Below are positions 54,970 to 62,651 of a DNA stretch of 64,000 nt, piece after piece (positions within the stretch are counted from its first letter, which is position 1; each line of letters opens with the position of its first letter). The notes under the pieces were generated by a model. That model was not told the DNA's origin and did not search any database. It saw only the letters and a list, made by a program, of their open reading frames with translations. The DNA comes from Candidatus Saccharimonadales bacterium (GTDB lineage Bacteria; Patescibacteriota; Saccharimonadia; Saccharimonadales; UBA10212). Location: assembly GCA_049521895.1 (NCBI GenBank), contig JBEKOJ010000001.1:226717-290716 (forward strand), written 5' to 3'. A program made the position numbers and the translations under genes.

Positions 54970-56030
54970 TCTTCTTCAAGATTGGGTTTATCTAGCAGCA
55001 TCGGCTCCACGGACGGTTCCACTTCAGCAATTTTAACAATGTCTTTATCGATTTTGCCCAATTCCTTATAGGTAGTATTGAAGTGTCCGACGGTTGTGTT
55101 GAGACTACCGCCTAGCTTTTGCATATAGCCGTAATGTGATACTAAATGTTTCTGTAACTGCTCGATATTTTTACGGATTCTTTCAGTGTCCTGATTAATC
55201 TGTATAGACCTCATACCTTGAATGATAATCTGTAAGTTTGCTGCGAGCGTGCTGGGGCCAACGATCGTGACCTTTTTTTCAGCAGCCGCATATTGGATGA
55301 GGTTTCTGCTGTTCACGCCCCCAGCACCAACTTTGTTAGCTAGTAAGTCATAGTAAATGCCCTCGCTAGGGATATACATAAAAGCTTGGTTAAGGGTGCC
55401 CCTGTTGGGTTTTATATACTTGGCTGTCTCGTCGATACGCTTTTTAAGGTCTTCTTTAAAGACACGCTCCAATGCTGGCTTTTCTTCGGGTTTGGCTTCA
55501 ACTAGCCGATTATAGTTTTCCAAGCTGAATTTACTGTCAACTGGAATCAGTTTATCGCCAAATTTTATAACTGCATCGACAATGAGACCTTCACCTAATT
55601 TATACTGGAGCTCATAAGTACCCGGAGGCAACATGTTTTTTAACGCTTGTTCCAGATAGAACTCGCCCAGAACACCTCGCTGCTTAGGGTTCTGTAGGAC
55701 ATTTTGTAGAGTTTTTAAGCCGTCTGCTACGTCTCCCACGCTCTTGTTGGTTCGTTCAATCTCCGTTAGCTGACGTGTTACTTCTTGAAGAGTTTTTATA
55801 TTCTGACCATGTTGCACGCCCATTTGTTTGTTGCTACTACTAAGTTGTTCGCTCAGTTGTTTTTGCAGACTGTCTTTAAGCTGGGCCATGCCTTTGGTGA
55901 GCTCCGTCATATCGGCCTTTAGCAGCATCGTGGCGTCAGAGCCGGTCTTTCTTGGCCGGGCGAAGTTCCAAAAAACAAACCCAGCCAGGGCTACGCACAA
56001 AACCGCCAAAATAATCACCGCCACAATCAT
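54966..56030 (-). CDS. rmuC: DNA recombination protein RmuC
   Basis: 354 aa with an N-terminal TM segment, a coiled coil, and a C-terminal nuclease-like region (DSKFSLENY, FMYIPSEG). Confidence 0.9.
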   Translation of the reverse strand: MIVAVIILAVLCVALAGFVFWNFARPRKTGSDATMLLKADMTELTKGMAQLKDSLQKQLSEQLSSSNKQMGVQHGQNIKTLQEVTRQLTEIERTNKSVGDVADGLKTLQNVLQNPKQRGVLGEFYLEQALKNMLPPGTYELQYKLGEGLIVDAVIKFGDKLIPVDSKFSLENYNRLVEAKPEEKPALERVFKEDLKKRIDETAKYIKPNRGTLNQAFMYIPSEGIYYDLLANKVGAGGVNSRNLIQYAAAEKKVTIVGPSTLAANLQIIIQGMRSIQINQDTERIRKNIEQLQKHLVSHYGYMQKLGGSLNTTVGHFNTTYKELGKIDKDIVKIAEVEPSVEPMLLDKPNLEED

Positions 56031-56031
56031 A

Positions 56032-56155
56032 CCCAGTAGTAGACTTTCTGTTGGCTATTCGCCAAAACTTACTTACTTCTATATTTTACCTGCCAAGTAT
56101 AGCTTTGTTATATACACTGTTCACTGCGAAACAGCACAGAAAGCTCACTACTGGG
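56032..56155 (-). mobile_element. ORF-less element, apparent internal-deletion derivative of the GIY-YIG copy
   Basis: The minus strand reads CCCAGTAGTGAGCTTTCTGTGCTG...AGCCAACAGAAAGTCTACTACTGGG. The subterminal sequence matches 58349-58661. It is flanked by CATG on one side and TATG on the other, and the TATG holds the rmuC start codon. Confidence 0.7.
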
Positions 56156-56164
56156 CATGCCTAT

Positions 56165-56170
56165 ATTGTA
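56165..56170 (-). promoter_or_regulatory. putative -10 box TACAAT (original rmuC promoter, leaderless type)
   Basis: On the minus strand, TACAAT-ATAGGC-ATG now leads into the inserted element. Confidence 0.4.
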
Positions 56171-56215
56171 GCTTAAGTTGGTAGTGCAACACGAGGCTGA
56201 TGCTAAACTAAAACC

Positions 56216-56851
56216 ATGAAAAACGACACAACTTGTCCTTCTTGCGGCAGTGTCCTAAGTAAGCCACCAAAACGAGACACGAAGTGCCCGGAGTGTGGCA
56301 AGATAATTTACGTTCGTGGGAAGCAACCTTTTTTTGATAAAACTTTGTTAACCGAAAAAGAGAAAATTGTATCTGATATATTCGAACAGCTTAGCAACAC
56401 TGCAGGTTACGGAGTCACTAAAGAAACATATCAAGAAACTCGCGACAGACTAACCAAAAAATGGGGAATGCAAGCAAGCTGGACAGATGTTACCCGAGCA
56501 GTACATGTTCAGTTGAGCCTCCGTTTCGCCAAAGAGGGCAATTTTCAACATTTAGCTTGGCTCGAATCCAGCATGGCTAATTTTTTATGGCAGAACCATG
56601 CAGATTTTCGGAACTCACAACTACAAAGCGCAAGATACAATTTGATGCTATTTAAAAAGGCGGGGGCTAAGTCAGCTTGGGTGGATGTCTCGACATCCGG
56701 TTGTACTGCGTGCAAAAGCTTGGATGGTAAGACTTTTGATATAACAGATGCTTTGCGCAATATACCTATCCCGCCGAAAGACTGTACTTGCAAGCCGGAC
56801 GAGAATCTTGCAAGAGGTTACTGTACCTGTTTGCTATACGCAAATTTCTAA
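56216..56851 (+). CDS. zinc-ribbon hypothetical protein
   Basis: 211 aa with an N-terminal CPSCG...CPECG and a C-terminal Cys cluster (CTACKSLDG...CTCKP...CTC). Confidence 0.5.
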   Translation: MKNDTTCPSCGSVLSKPPKRDTKCPECGKIIYVRGKQPFFDKTLLTEKEKIVSDIFEQLSNTAGYGVTKETYQETRDRLTKKWGMQASWTDVTRAVHVQLSLRFAKEGNFQHLAWLESSMANFLWQNHADFRNSQLQSARYNLMLFKKAGAKSAWVDVSTSGCTACKSLDGKTFDITDALRNIPIPPKDCTCKPDENLARGYCTCLLYANF

Positions 56852-57444
56852 CTCTGTATGGTAACGGTCGTGCCAACCGGTGCCCAGCCATAGAGCCATT
56901 TTGCGGCGGCCAGTGGCATTTCCACGCAGCCATGCGAAGCATTGGAAGAATTGGGGTCAATATTGCCAAAGTCACTAGCCGCCCGCCAAGTGGCATCGTG
57001 AAAACCATAAACACCGTAGTTATTAGATAGAAACGGCATCCAATAACTTACCGGGTCGTTCCAACAGCCAGTGGTATCGCAACCTTTAAGAACAGTGTCC
57101 GTTTGCTTAGCGTAAATTTTATAGGTGCCGGCTGGCGTTAGGTCTTCGGGCAGGTTTTCCATGCCGGTTATGACCGGGTTGTCGTAGACAGTTTTGCTGC
57201 TTTCGCAGACCCACATATGTCGCTTACTGATGCTGACAATTACCGCTTGGGCTGCCGTGTTGCCGGCGCAGTGGCTGGCCAGTTCTTCTGCCGCGGCTTT
57301 AGCGGCATCAGCTTTGGCGGTAGCGATTTTAGCCGTAGCGGCTGCTTTTTGCGACACTTGTTTAACCGTGTTTTGACGGTGGTAAACAAAAAAACCGGCA
57401 GCGGCTACAACTAAAATAACGGCGACAAGTTTTATTTTTAGCAT
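56848..57444 (-). CDS. L,D-transpeptidase (YkuD domain)
   Basis: 198 aa with an N-terminal TM segment, GFHDATW and the catalytic SHGCVEMP. Confidence 0.85.
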   Translation of the reverse strand: MLKIKLVAVILVVAAAGFFVYHRQNTVKQVSQKAAATAKIATAKADAAKAAAEELASHCAGNTAAQAVIVSISKRHMWVCESSKTVYDNPVITGMENLPEDLTPAGTYKIYAKQTDTVLKGCDTTGCWNDPVSYWMPFLSNNYGVYGFHDATWRAASDFGNIDPNSSNASHGCVEMPLAAAKWLYGWAPVGTTVTIQS

Positions 57445-57460
57445 CGTGTTCTTAATTATA

Positions 57461-57547
57461 CCCAGTAGTAGACTTTTGAGCGAGCCCGCATGTCTGCGGG
57501 CTCATATATCCACCGGGGATGGATAATCTCAAAAGCTCACTACTGGG
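57461..57547 (-). mobile_element. ORF-less CCCAGTAG-terminus element (87 nt, three-way junction form)
   Basis: The minus strand reads CCCAGTAGTGAGCTTTTGAG...CTCAAAAGTCTACTACTGGG. The hairpins are ATCCATC-CCC-GGTGGAT and GAGCCCGC-AGACAT-GCGGGCTC. TATAA (TTATA on the plus strand) flanks both sides. Confidence 0.7.
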
Positions 57548-57554
57548 TTATACC

Positions 57555-58280
57555 TTAGACGAAACGGGTAACGACAAACATGAAAACCGTACCAAGAACC
57601 GTCAGGCCGATAGTTGTACGTGAGGAATTCTTGCTGTGAGCCTGCGGCAAAATATCACTGGCTCCGATATAGAGCAAGAAACCAGCAAAAAAACCAAGAT
57701 AAAGTACCAGCCACCTATCAGGGACGCTGAATAGCAAGGTGGAAGCCGCTCCCAAAACCGGCGCGATGGCATCTAGGAATAGTAGCTTTTTAGCTCGGCT
57801 GGCTTCATTTTTATTATGCAGCATTAAAATCACGGTGTTCATTCCATCGGTAAAGTCATGGGCGATGACGGCTATAGCTACAGTGATGCCAACGGCATTA
57901 CCGGCCTGAAAGCCAAGACCGATGCCAACACCATCCAAAAAGCTGTGTCCGGACAGCGCTAGCGCGCTGGCGATGCCGACCTTTGGGTGAACATGTTTGC
58001 CGTATTCTTTTTCTTGCGCGTAGTGCAACAAGATCGTTTTTTCTAAGATGTGAAATAGCAAAAACGCTAAAACAAGTGCCACCATCGGCCGCACAAAAGC
58101 GGTATGGGTAGAATTCACCTCATTGGCGATTTCCGGCAGCAGGTCAAAGGCCACCACGCCCAGCAGCACGCCAGCAGTGTAGCCCATAATACGATGTAAG
58201 ATTTTTTGGTTTCTTAGCGCCGTGATTCCACCTGTGAGCGTAGAAAAGAAGGTGGCGCCGGAAAGTAATATTGGAAGCAT
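57555..58280 (-). CDS. zupT: ZIP family metal (zinc) transporter
   Basis: 241 aa with about 8 TM segments. The motifs HSFLDGVGIG and HDFTDG are typical of ZIP/ZupT. Confidence 0.85.
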   Translation of the reverse strand: MLPILLSGATFFSTLTGGITALRNQKILHRIMGYTAGVLLGVVAFDLLPEIANEVNSTHTAFVRPMVALVLAFLLFHILEKTILLHYAQEKEYGKHVHPKVGIASALALSGHSFLDGVGIGLGFQAGNAVGITVAIAVIAHDFTDGMNTVILMLHNKNEASRAKKLLFLDAIAPVLGAASTLLFSVPDRWLVLYLGFFAGFLLYIGASDILPQAHSKNSSRTTIGLTVLGTVFMFVVTRFV

Positions 58281-58333
58281 GGGCTAAAGCATAAACAAAG
58301 TGCTAATATATTTGCAAATTTGTCGCAAAAATA

Positions 58334-58339
58334 TACAAT
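58334..58339 (+). promoter_or_regulatory. putative -10 box TACAAT (original fur-family promoter, leaderless type)
   Basis: TACAAT-ATTGAT-ATG. This ATG (58346) is now fused in frame to the GIY-YIG ORF. Confidence 0.4.
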
Positions 58340-58345
58340 ATTGAT

Positions 58346-58660
58346 ATGCCTAGTAGTGAGCTTTCTATAGTGTTCTGCTATGTCTACGTTTTATACTCTA
58401 ATGTCAGCAAGAGCTTCTATGTAGGTTTTACGCATGATCTTAAGAAGAGGATTGCAGAACACAATAAGGGCTTAATTTTTTCTACAAAAGGCTATAAGCC
58501 CTGGGAGTTAATTTATTACGAGGCGCATGCTAAAGAGGCAGACGGCAGACGCCGTGAAAAATATCTAAAGACCACGGCAGGGGATAGAGCTTTACATAGA
58601 ATGCTTAGAGGGAAGCTGACTGAGGTGAAAAATTTAAGCCGACAGAAAGTCTACTACTAG
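58346..58660 (+). CDS. GIY-YIG nuclease family protein (small COG2827/UPF0213-like)
   Basis: YVYVLYS-x6-FYVGFT-DLKKRIAEHNKG...ELIYYE...REKYLKT matches the GIY-YIG pattern. The tracked ATG (58346) is the duplicated host start codon, and an internal GTG at 58370 is an alternative start. The stop TAG lies inside the right terminus. Confidence 0.85.
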   Translation: MPSSELSIVFCYVYVLYSNVSKSFYVGFTHDLKKRIAEHNKGLIFSTKGYKPWELIYYEAHAKEADGRRREKYLKTTAGDRALHRMLRGKLTEVKNLSRQKVYY

Positions 58661-58661
58661 G
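58349..58661 (+). mobile_element. ORF-bearing CCTAGTAG-terminus element (GIY-YIG nuclease cargo)
   Basis: CCTAGTAGTGAGCTTTC...GAAAGTCTACTACTAGG encloses a single ORF. A TATG direct duplication flanks it (58345-58348 and 58662-58665). Confidence 0.75.
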
Positions 58662-58662
58662 T

Positions 58663-59079
58663 ATGCAACACAACACTCTTAAAGCGCTTTTAAAGAAAGA
58701 CGGCGCCAGTCTGACTAAGCCACGCAAAATCGTATTTGACCTGTTACTCAACCAGGAGCCACAGAGTATGAAAGTTTTGACCCAGAGGGCTGCCGGCAAA
58801 GTTGACCGGGCGACCGTTTATCGCACCGTGGAGCTATTTGAGCGTTTAGGTATTGTCCACCGCTTAAATATCGGCTGGAAATATAAAATGGAGCTAAGTG
58901 ACGTATTTCATGCCCACCACCACCATTTTTATTGCACCAATTGCAATAAAACATACCCCTTGCCCGCCAACCCTATGCTAGAGACCATGATAGATAGCAC
59001 GGTGGCCAAGGACGGTTTCTCGCCACGCGGCCATCAACTAGAAGTTTACGGCCTATGCGCCCAGTGTTCTCGCGGCTAA
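58663..59079 (+). CDS. Fur family transcriptional regulator (Zur-like by context)
   Basis: 138 aa with a winged helix, then HHHHFYCTNC and CAQC metal sites. It is divergent from zupT. Confidence 0.85.
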   Translation: MQHNTLKALLKKDGASLTKPRKIVFDLLLNQEPQSMKVLTQRAAGKVDRATVYRTVELFERLGIVHRLNIGWKYKMELSDVFHAHHHHFYCTNCNKTYPLPANPMLETMIDSTVAKDGFSPRGHQLEVYGLCAQCSRG

Positions 59080-59140
59080 GTTCTCCTCGCCGTTCTTAGC
59101 TAAATCTCAGCTAATTCTGTTGTTATGATTTAGACAAATT

Positions 59141-60637
59141 ATGAATTTTGCGGCGAAACTTTATCAGCGACCACTAGATCTTGTCGATAGCCTGCTTGAT
59201 GGCATAACTTCTTACCGTTTATTACTCTATTTCCTCTTGACGGTTCTAGGCTGGGCTACGCTGGCCAGTTTCAGGGGGAATGTTCCCTTTAGCTGGCACG
59301 CCATCGTTTTTTCTGCACTGGCACTGGTGATAGTCTGCCGGCTAAGCGGGGAGTTTTTCGCCCGCGTTTTAAACATCGCCCGTAATTTTGAATCTGATTA
59401 CATAACGGCGTTGATTTTGGCCCTAATTATGAGTCCAGCGACCACCTTGAAGGGTTTCGCGATTCTGGTAGGAGCGGGTTTTGCTGCCATTGCTTCTAAG
59501 TATTTATTGACCATCGGCCGGCGTCATATCCTTAATCCGGCCGCAGCTGGCGCCGTTGTCGCCGGAGTATTTTTTGGGCAGTATGCCAGCTGGTGGGTCG
59601 GCACGGCAGTACTGGCACCGCTAGTACTGGTTGGCGGCTTATTAATAATGCGTAAAATGAAACGGTTCTACATGGTCGCAGGTTTTGCGTTAGTTTACGG
59701 CGTGTTTCTGCATCACCAATTTGATGGCGCTCCGGCCCTGCATACCATATGGCTGGCGGCGTCCGGTACTGCCGTGATGTTTTTTGCTTTCATCATGCTG
59801 ACCGAGCCTTTAACGTTGCCGGACTTGGCTATGCGCTATATGCCGTACGCCGTTTTGGTAGCCGTCCTATATAGCGTTAACCGTTTGCGGCTGGCCCCAG
59901 AAGAAGCTCTGCTGATCGGCAACGTTTTTGCCTACGCACTGGAACGCGGCAAGCGACTGGAGTTGAGCTTAAATAGCGTGCGCAAAGAGGCCGAGGGGAT
60001 ATATAGTTTCGTCTTTACTTACCACGGCGCTTTTAATTTCAAGCCCGGGCAGTACATGGAATGGACGCTGCCGCTTCGCCATAGTGACAGCCGCGGTAAC
60101 CGGCGTTATTTAACCCTTTCCTCAGCACCGACCGAAAACCAGCTAATGTTTACGGTTCGTTTGCCGCGCCGGGCAAGCCATTTCAAAAAAGCTTTAGCGG
60201 CTTCTAAGCCGGGCGGCAAGATATTAGCCTCGCACCTCGCCGGCTCGTTCGTTCTGCCCGGCGACGATAGCAAAAAACTGGCATTTATCGCCGGCGGCAT
60301 TGGTGTTACACCTTTCCGTTCGATGATTAAATATGTGGTAGACAGCCGCCAGCAGCGGCCAATTAGCCTACTGTATGCCGCTAACCACGCCAACGAATTC
60401 GCCTTCACCCAGTTGCTTAAGCAAGCCGAGCCTTTTGGTATTACTACCAATTATCTTGACACTTCCAAGCGCAGCCTCGACCAACAGGCTATCGTCGAAA
60501 ATTTGCCGGACTGGCGAGAGCGGCATTTTTATTTGTCTGGACCTTACGGATTTGTAAAATCAGTGCGGGAATCACTTTTGGATATGGGTGTGAGCCTGAG
60601 AAATATTAAGTCCGATTATTTTCCCGGCTACGGCTAA
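59141..60637 (+). CDS. polytopic membrane domain fused to an FNR-like FAD/NAD(P)-binding oxidoreductase
   Basis: 498 aa with about 7 TM segments in the N-terminal half. The C-terminal half has RRYLTLSS (RxYS FAD motif) and GGIGVTPFRSM (NAD motif). Confidence 0.75.
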   Translation: MNFAAKLYQRPLDLVDSLLDGITSYRLLLYFLLTVLGWATLASFRGNVPFSWHAIVFSALALVIVCRLSGEFFARVLNIARNFESDYITALILALIMSPATTLKGFAILVGAGFAAIASKYLLTIGRRHILNPAAAGAVVAGVFFGQYASWWVGTAVLAPLVLVGGLLIMRKMKRFYMVAGFALVYGVFLHHQFDGAPALHTIWLAASGTAVMFFAFIMLTEPLTLPDLAMRYMPYAVLVAVLYSVNRLRLAPEEALLIGNVFAYALERGKRLELSLNSVRKEAEGIYSFVFTYHGAFNFKPGQYMEWTLPLRHSDSRGNRRYLTLSSAPTENQLMFTVRLPRRASHFKKALAASKPGGKILASHLAGSFVLPGDDSKKLAFIAGGIGVTPFRSMIKYVVDSRQQRPISLLYAANHANEFAFTQLLKQAEPFGITTNYLDTSKRSLDQQAIVENLPDWRERHFYLSGPYGFVKSVRESLLDMGVSLRNIKSDYFPGYG

Positions 60638-60787
60638 GGATCATTTTTCAGCTATGAAAACGGGCACGAATTTTGCTACGAGCGATTTTAAATAATCGCG
60701 AGCGTTCGTGCCCAAAATGAGCGGAACTCAGAGGCCCGAGGAACGAATTCCAAGGGCCTCCAAGTCCCAAGAGACGAAGTCTCAGTG

Positions 60788-61606
60788 CTACGACTCCCTG
60801 ACCACCGGCGCAGCCCAGTTGCTTCTGACGCGGTCTGCCCAGCCGGCGTCCAGGCCGACCTCGCGGCTGACCCTGTCCCCGTAGAGGTACAGAACGCTCG
60901 TCCAGGGCTGGTCGTCGGGCACCGTGGCCTCGAAACCGGCCATGTCGGCATACGGCAGGTTCGTTCCGTCTTGCTGCCTGAGCAGCTCGTCGTGAACGGC
61001 GTAGGCCGCCAGGACTTCAGCGGCCGCCAGGGTCTCGCCCGTGCGGGCGGCCTGCTCACGAACCTGAAGCACCGAACGGCCGTCTTCTGGCTCCCAGTGA
61101 GCCACCAGGTTGATCCGGATCCGATGGATGCCGGGCTCGTACCAGCGGGCAGTCGGCGTCAGGCGCAGATGGTTGGAGTCGATTTTCAAACCGTCGTAAC
61201 ACCGGGCGTTGGGCTGATTGGCCTTGATGGCCCGCCAGTACGCTTCGACGTTGCCTTCCGACGACCCGAACTCGATGTAGAAGATCTCAAGGTCGTTGAC
61301 GCTCTGGACGTGGTCGCTGGAGGTGTCGACGGTATCGAACCAACCGACCGACTTGATCTGGCCGTCCAAGACACTGAGGTCGAGAACTTGCCAGAGGTTC
61401 AGCTGATCTTCGAGGCTCAGAAGATGCAGCCTGTAGCGGTCGAAGCGGATCTGCTGCAGCTGCTCTTTCAGTGCAGCAACCATAGGATCGACCAACTCCG
61501 GCTGCTTGATAAGCGCCCGCGCCATTTCGGCGTCGAGACCGCTCTGAGAAAGGATGCGATAAAGTTCCACATCCTCTCCCTTGGTGATGTCGTAAAGGCT
61601 TGCCAT
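60788..61606 (-). CDS. GC-rich ORFan protein (island 3)
   Basis: The start was trimmed to MASLYDITKG, with GGGAGG 9 nt upstream. 272 aa, high GC3, with spurious overlapping ORFs on both strands. No motif was recognised. Confidence 0.6.
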   Translation of the reverse strand: MASLYDITKGEDVELYRILSQSGLDAEMARALIKQPELVDPMVAALKEQLQQIRFDRYRLHLLSLEDQLNLWQVLDLSVLDGQIKSVGWFDTVDTSSDHVQSVNDLEIFYIEFGSSEGNVEAYWRAIKANQPNARCYDGLKIDSNHLRLTPTARWYEPGIHRIRINLVAHWEPEDGRSVLQVREQAARTGETLAAAEVLAAYAVHDELLRQQDGTNLPYADMAGFEATVPDDQPWTSVLYLYGDRVSREVGLDAGWADRVRSNWAAPVVRES

Positions 61607-61826
61607 TTCTGGCTGACCTCCCTTTGGTACGCCGCCAGGCTGACTCATTATCCGCGCATCGCGAGCGTAGAAAGCTTACCCGTTTGAGAACGGCATATTG
61701 GGGCTAAGTTTTGGCCCCAAAATGCCGCCCTCAACTTAAAGGTATCGGGGGTTGTAGCTTAACCCGCCAAATTTTCTTTGAAATTTTAGGCGGGTAAATC
61801 TGTTAAGGTACAATAGGCAAATTATA

Positions 61827-62522
61827 CTATTTAAGCTTATTCTTGTCAACTATTATTACCTCGTAGCCGGGTTGTTTTTTAATGAATTCAACGCAGGCAA
61901 GACCCATAACAAAACAGGCTGTCGCTAAGACGTCGGCTTTGATGATGTCCGGCCCGGTGACTGTCAGGCTCAGTAGCTCATTGGCTGGGCGGCCGGTTTT
62001 AGGATTAATGATGTGCTTACCGCGCTCATAAGTACCGCTGGTGGCAACCGCCCCGTTCGAAACACTTAGCGTGTTAAGTATTTTTGATTTATTGCGCGGA
62101 TCCTGAATACCAATATTCCAAGTTTTGGCACTGTTGGAGCGCGCCAGAATATCGCCGCCGGCGCCGATACAATAAGTTTTATAGCCGGCCTTTTCTATCG
62201 CCTTCCCCGCCTCCTTAATTCCGTAACCTTTGACATAGCCGGTAGGGTTAAATTTGCCTTCAAAATGCGCCGAAAAGTAGCCATCCGTGTATTTTTCCGC
62301 CTGTTTGCAGGCCCGTATGACTCGTTTCATCTCCCTGCTTAAGTCTGATTCTTTGATTTCGCCGCGCCTGAATTTACTGAGTTCACTGGCTGGCTTATAG
62401 GGGCTAAAGCGATTATCAATAGCCTCCAAACACCTAAAAGCAGCGATAAACGGCGCCTCAGTGCGGGCAGCTGGAATATCAATGCTGATGGGCAGACCCA
62501 TAATGAATTCGACGCGTCTCAT
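61827..62522 (-). CDS. apbE: FAD:protein FMN transferase (ApbE family), short form
   Basis: 231 aa with MGLPISIDI, IGAGGD, ATSGTYERG and ADVLATACFVMG. Confidence 0.85.
   Translation of the reverse strand: MRRVEFIMGLPISIDIPAARTEAPFIAAFRCLEAIDNRFSPYKPASELSKFRRGEIKESDLSREMKRVIRACKQAEKYTDGYFSAHFEGKFNPTGYVKGYGIKEAGKAIEKAGYKTYCIGAGGDILARSNSAKTWNIGIQDPRNKSKILNTLSVSNGAVATSGTYERGKHIINPKTGRPANELLSLTVTGPDIIKADVLATACFVMGLACVEFIKKQPGYEVIIVDKNKLK
62063..62080. repeat. iterated palindrome copy (CACTTAGC-GT-GTTAAGTA)
   Basis: Two changes relative to the consensus. The copy lies inside apbE and reads CTT AAC ACG CTA AGT = LNTLS. Confidence 0.55.
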
Positions 62523-62651
62523 TCATTTACCATTTTACATTTAACATTTCACATTTATTTAACAGGTAACATTTGGACATTGTAGCGGCAATGACAAATG
62601 GCTGAATGCCAAAATAAATGCTAAATGACAAATGACAAATGTTAAGTGCCG

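Noticed and set aside
58281-58345. A possible Zur/Fur box (TTTGCAAATTTGTCGCAAA) between zupT and the fur-family gene.
   Set aside because: Only a loose AT-rich pseudo-palindrome is present and it does not match any Fur/Zur consensus I can recall. The evidence is too weak to report as a feature.
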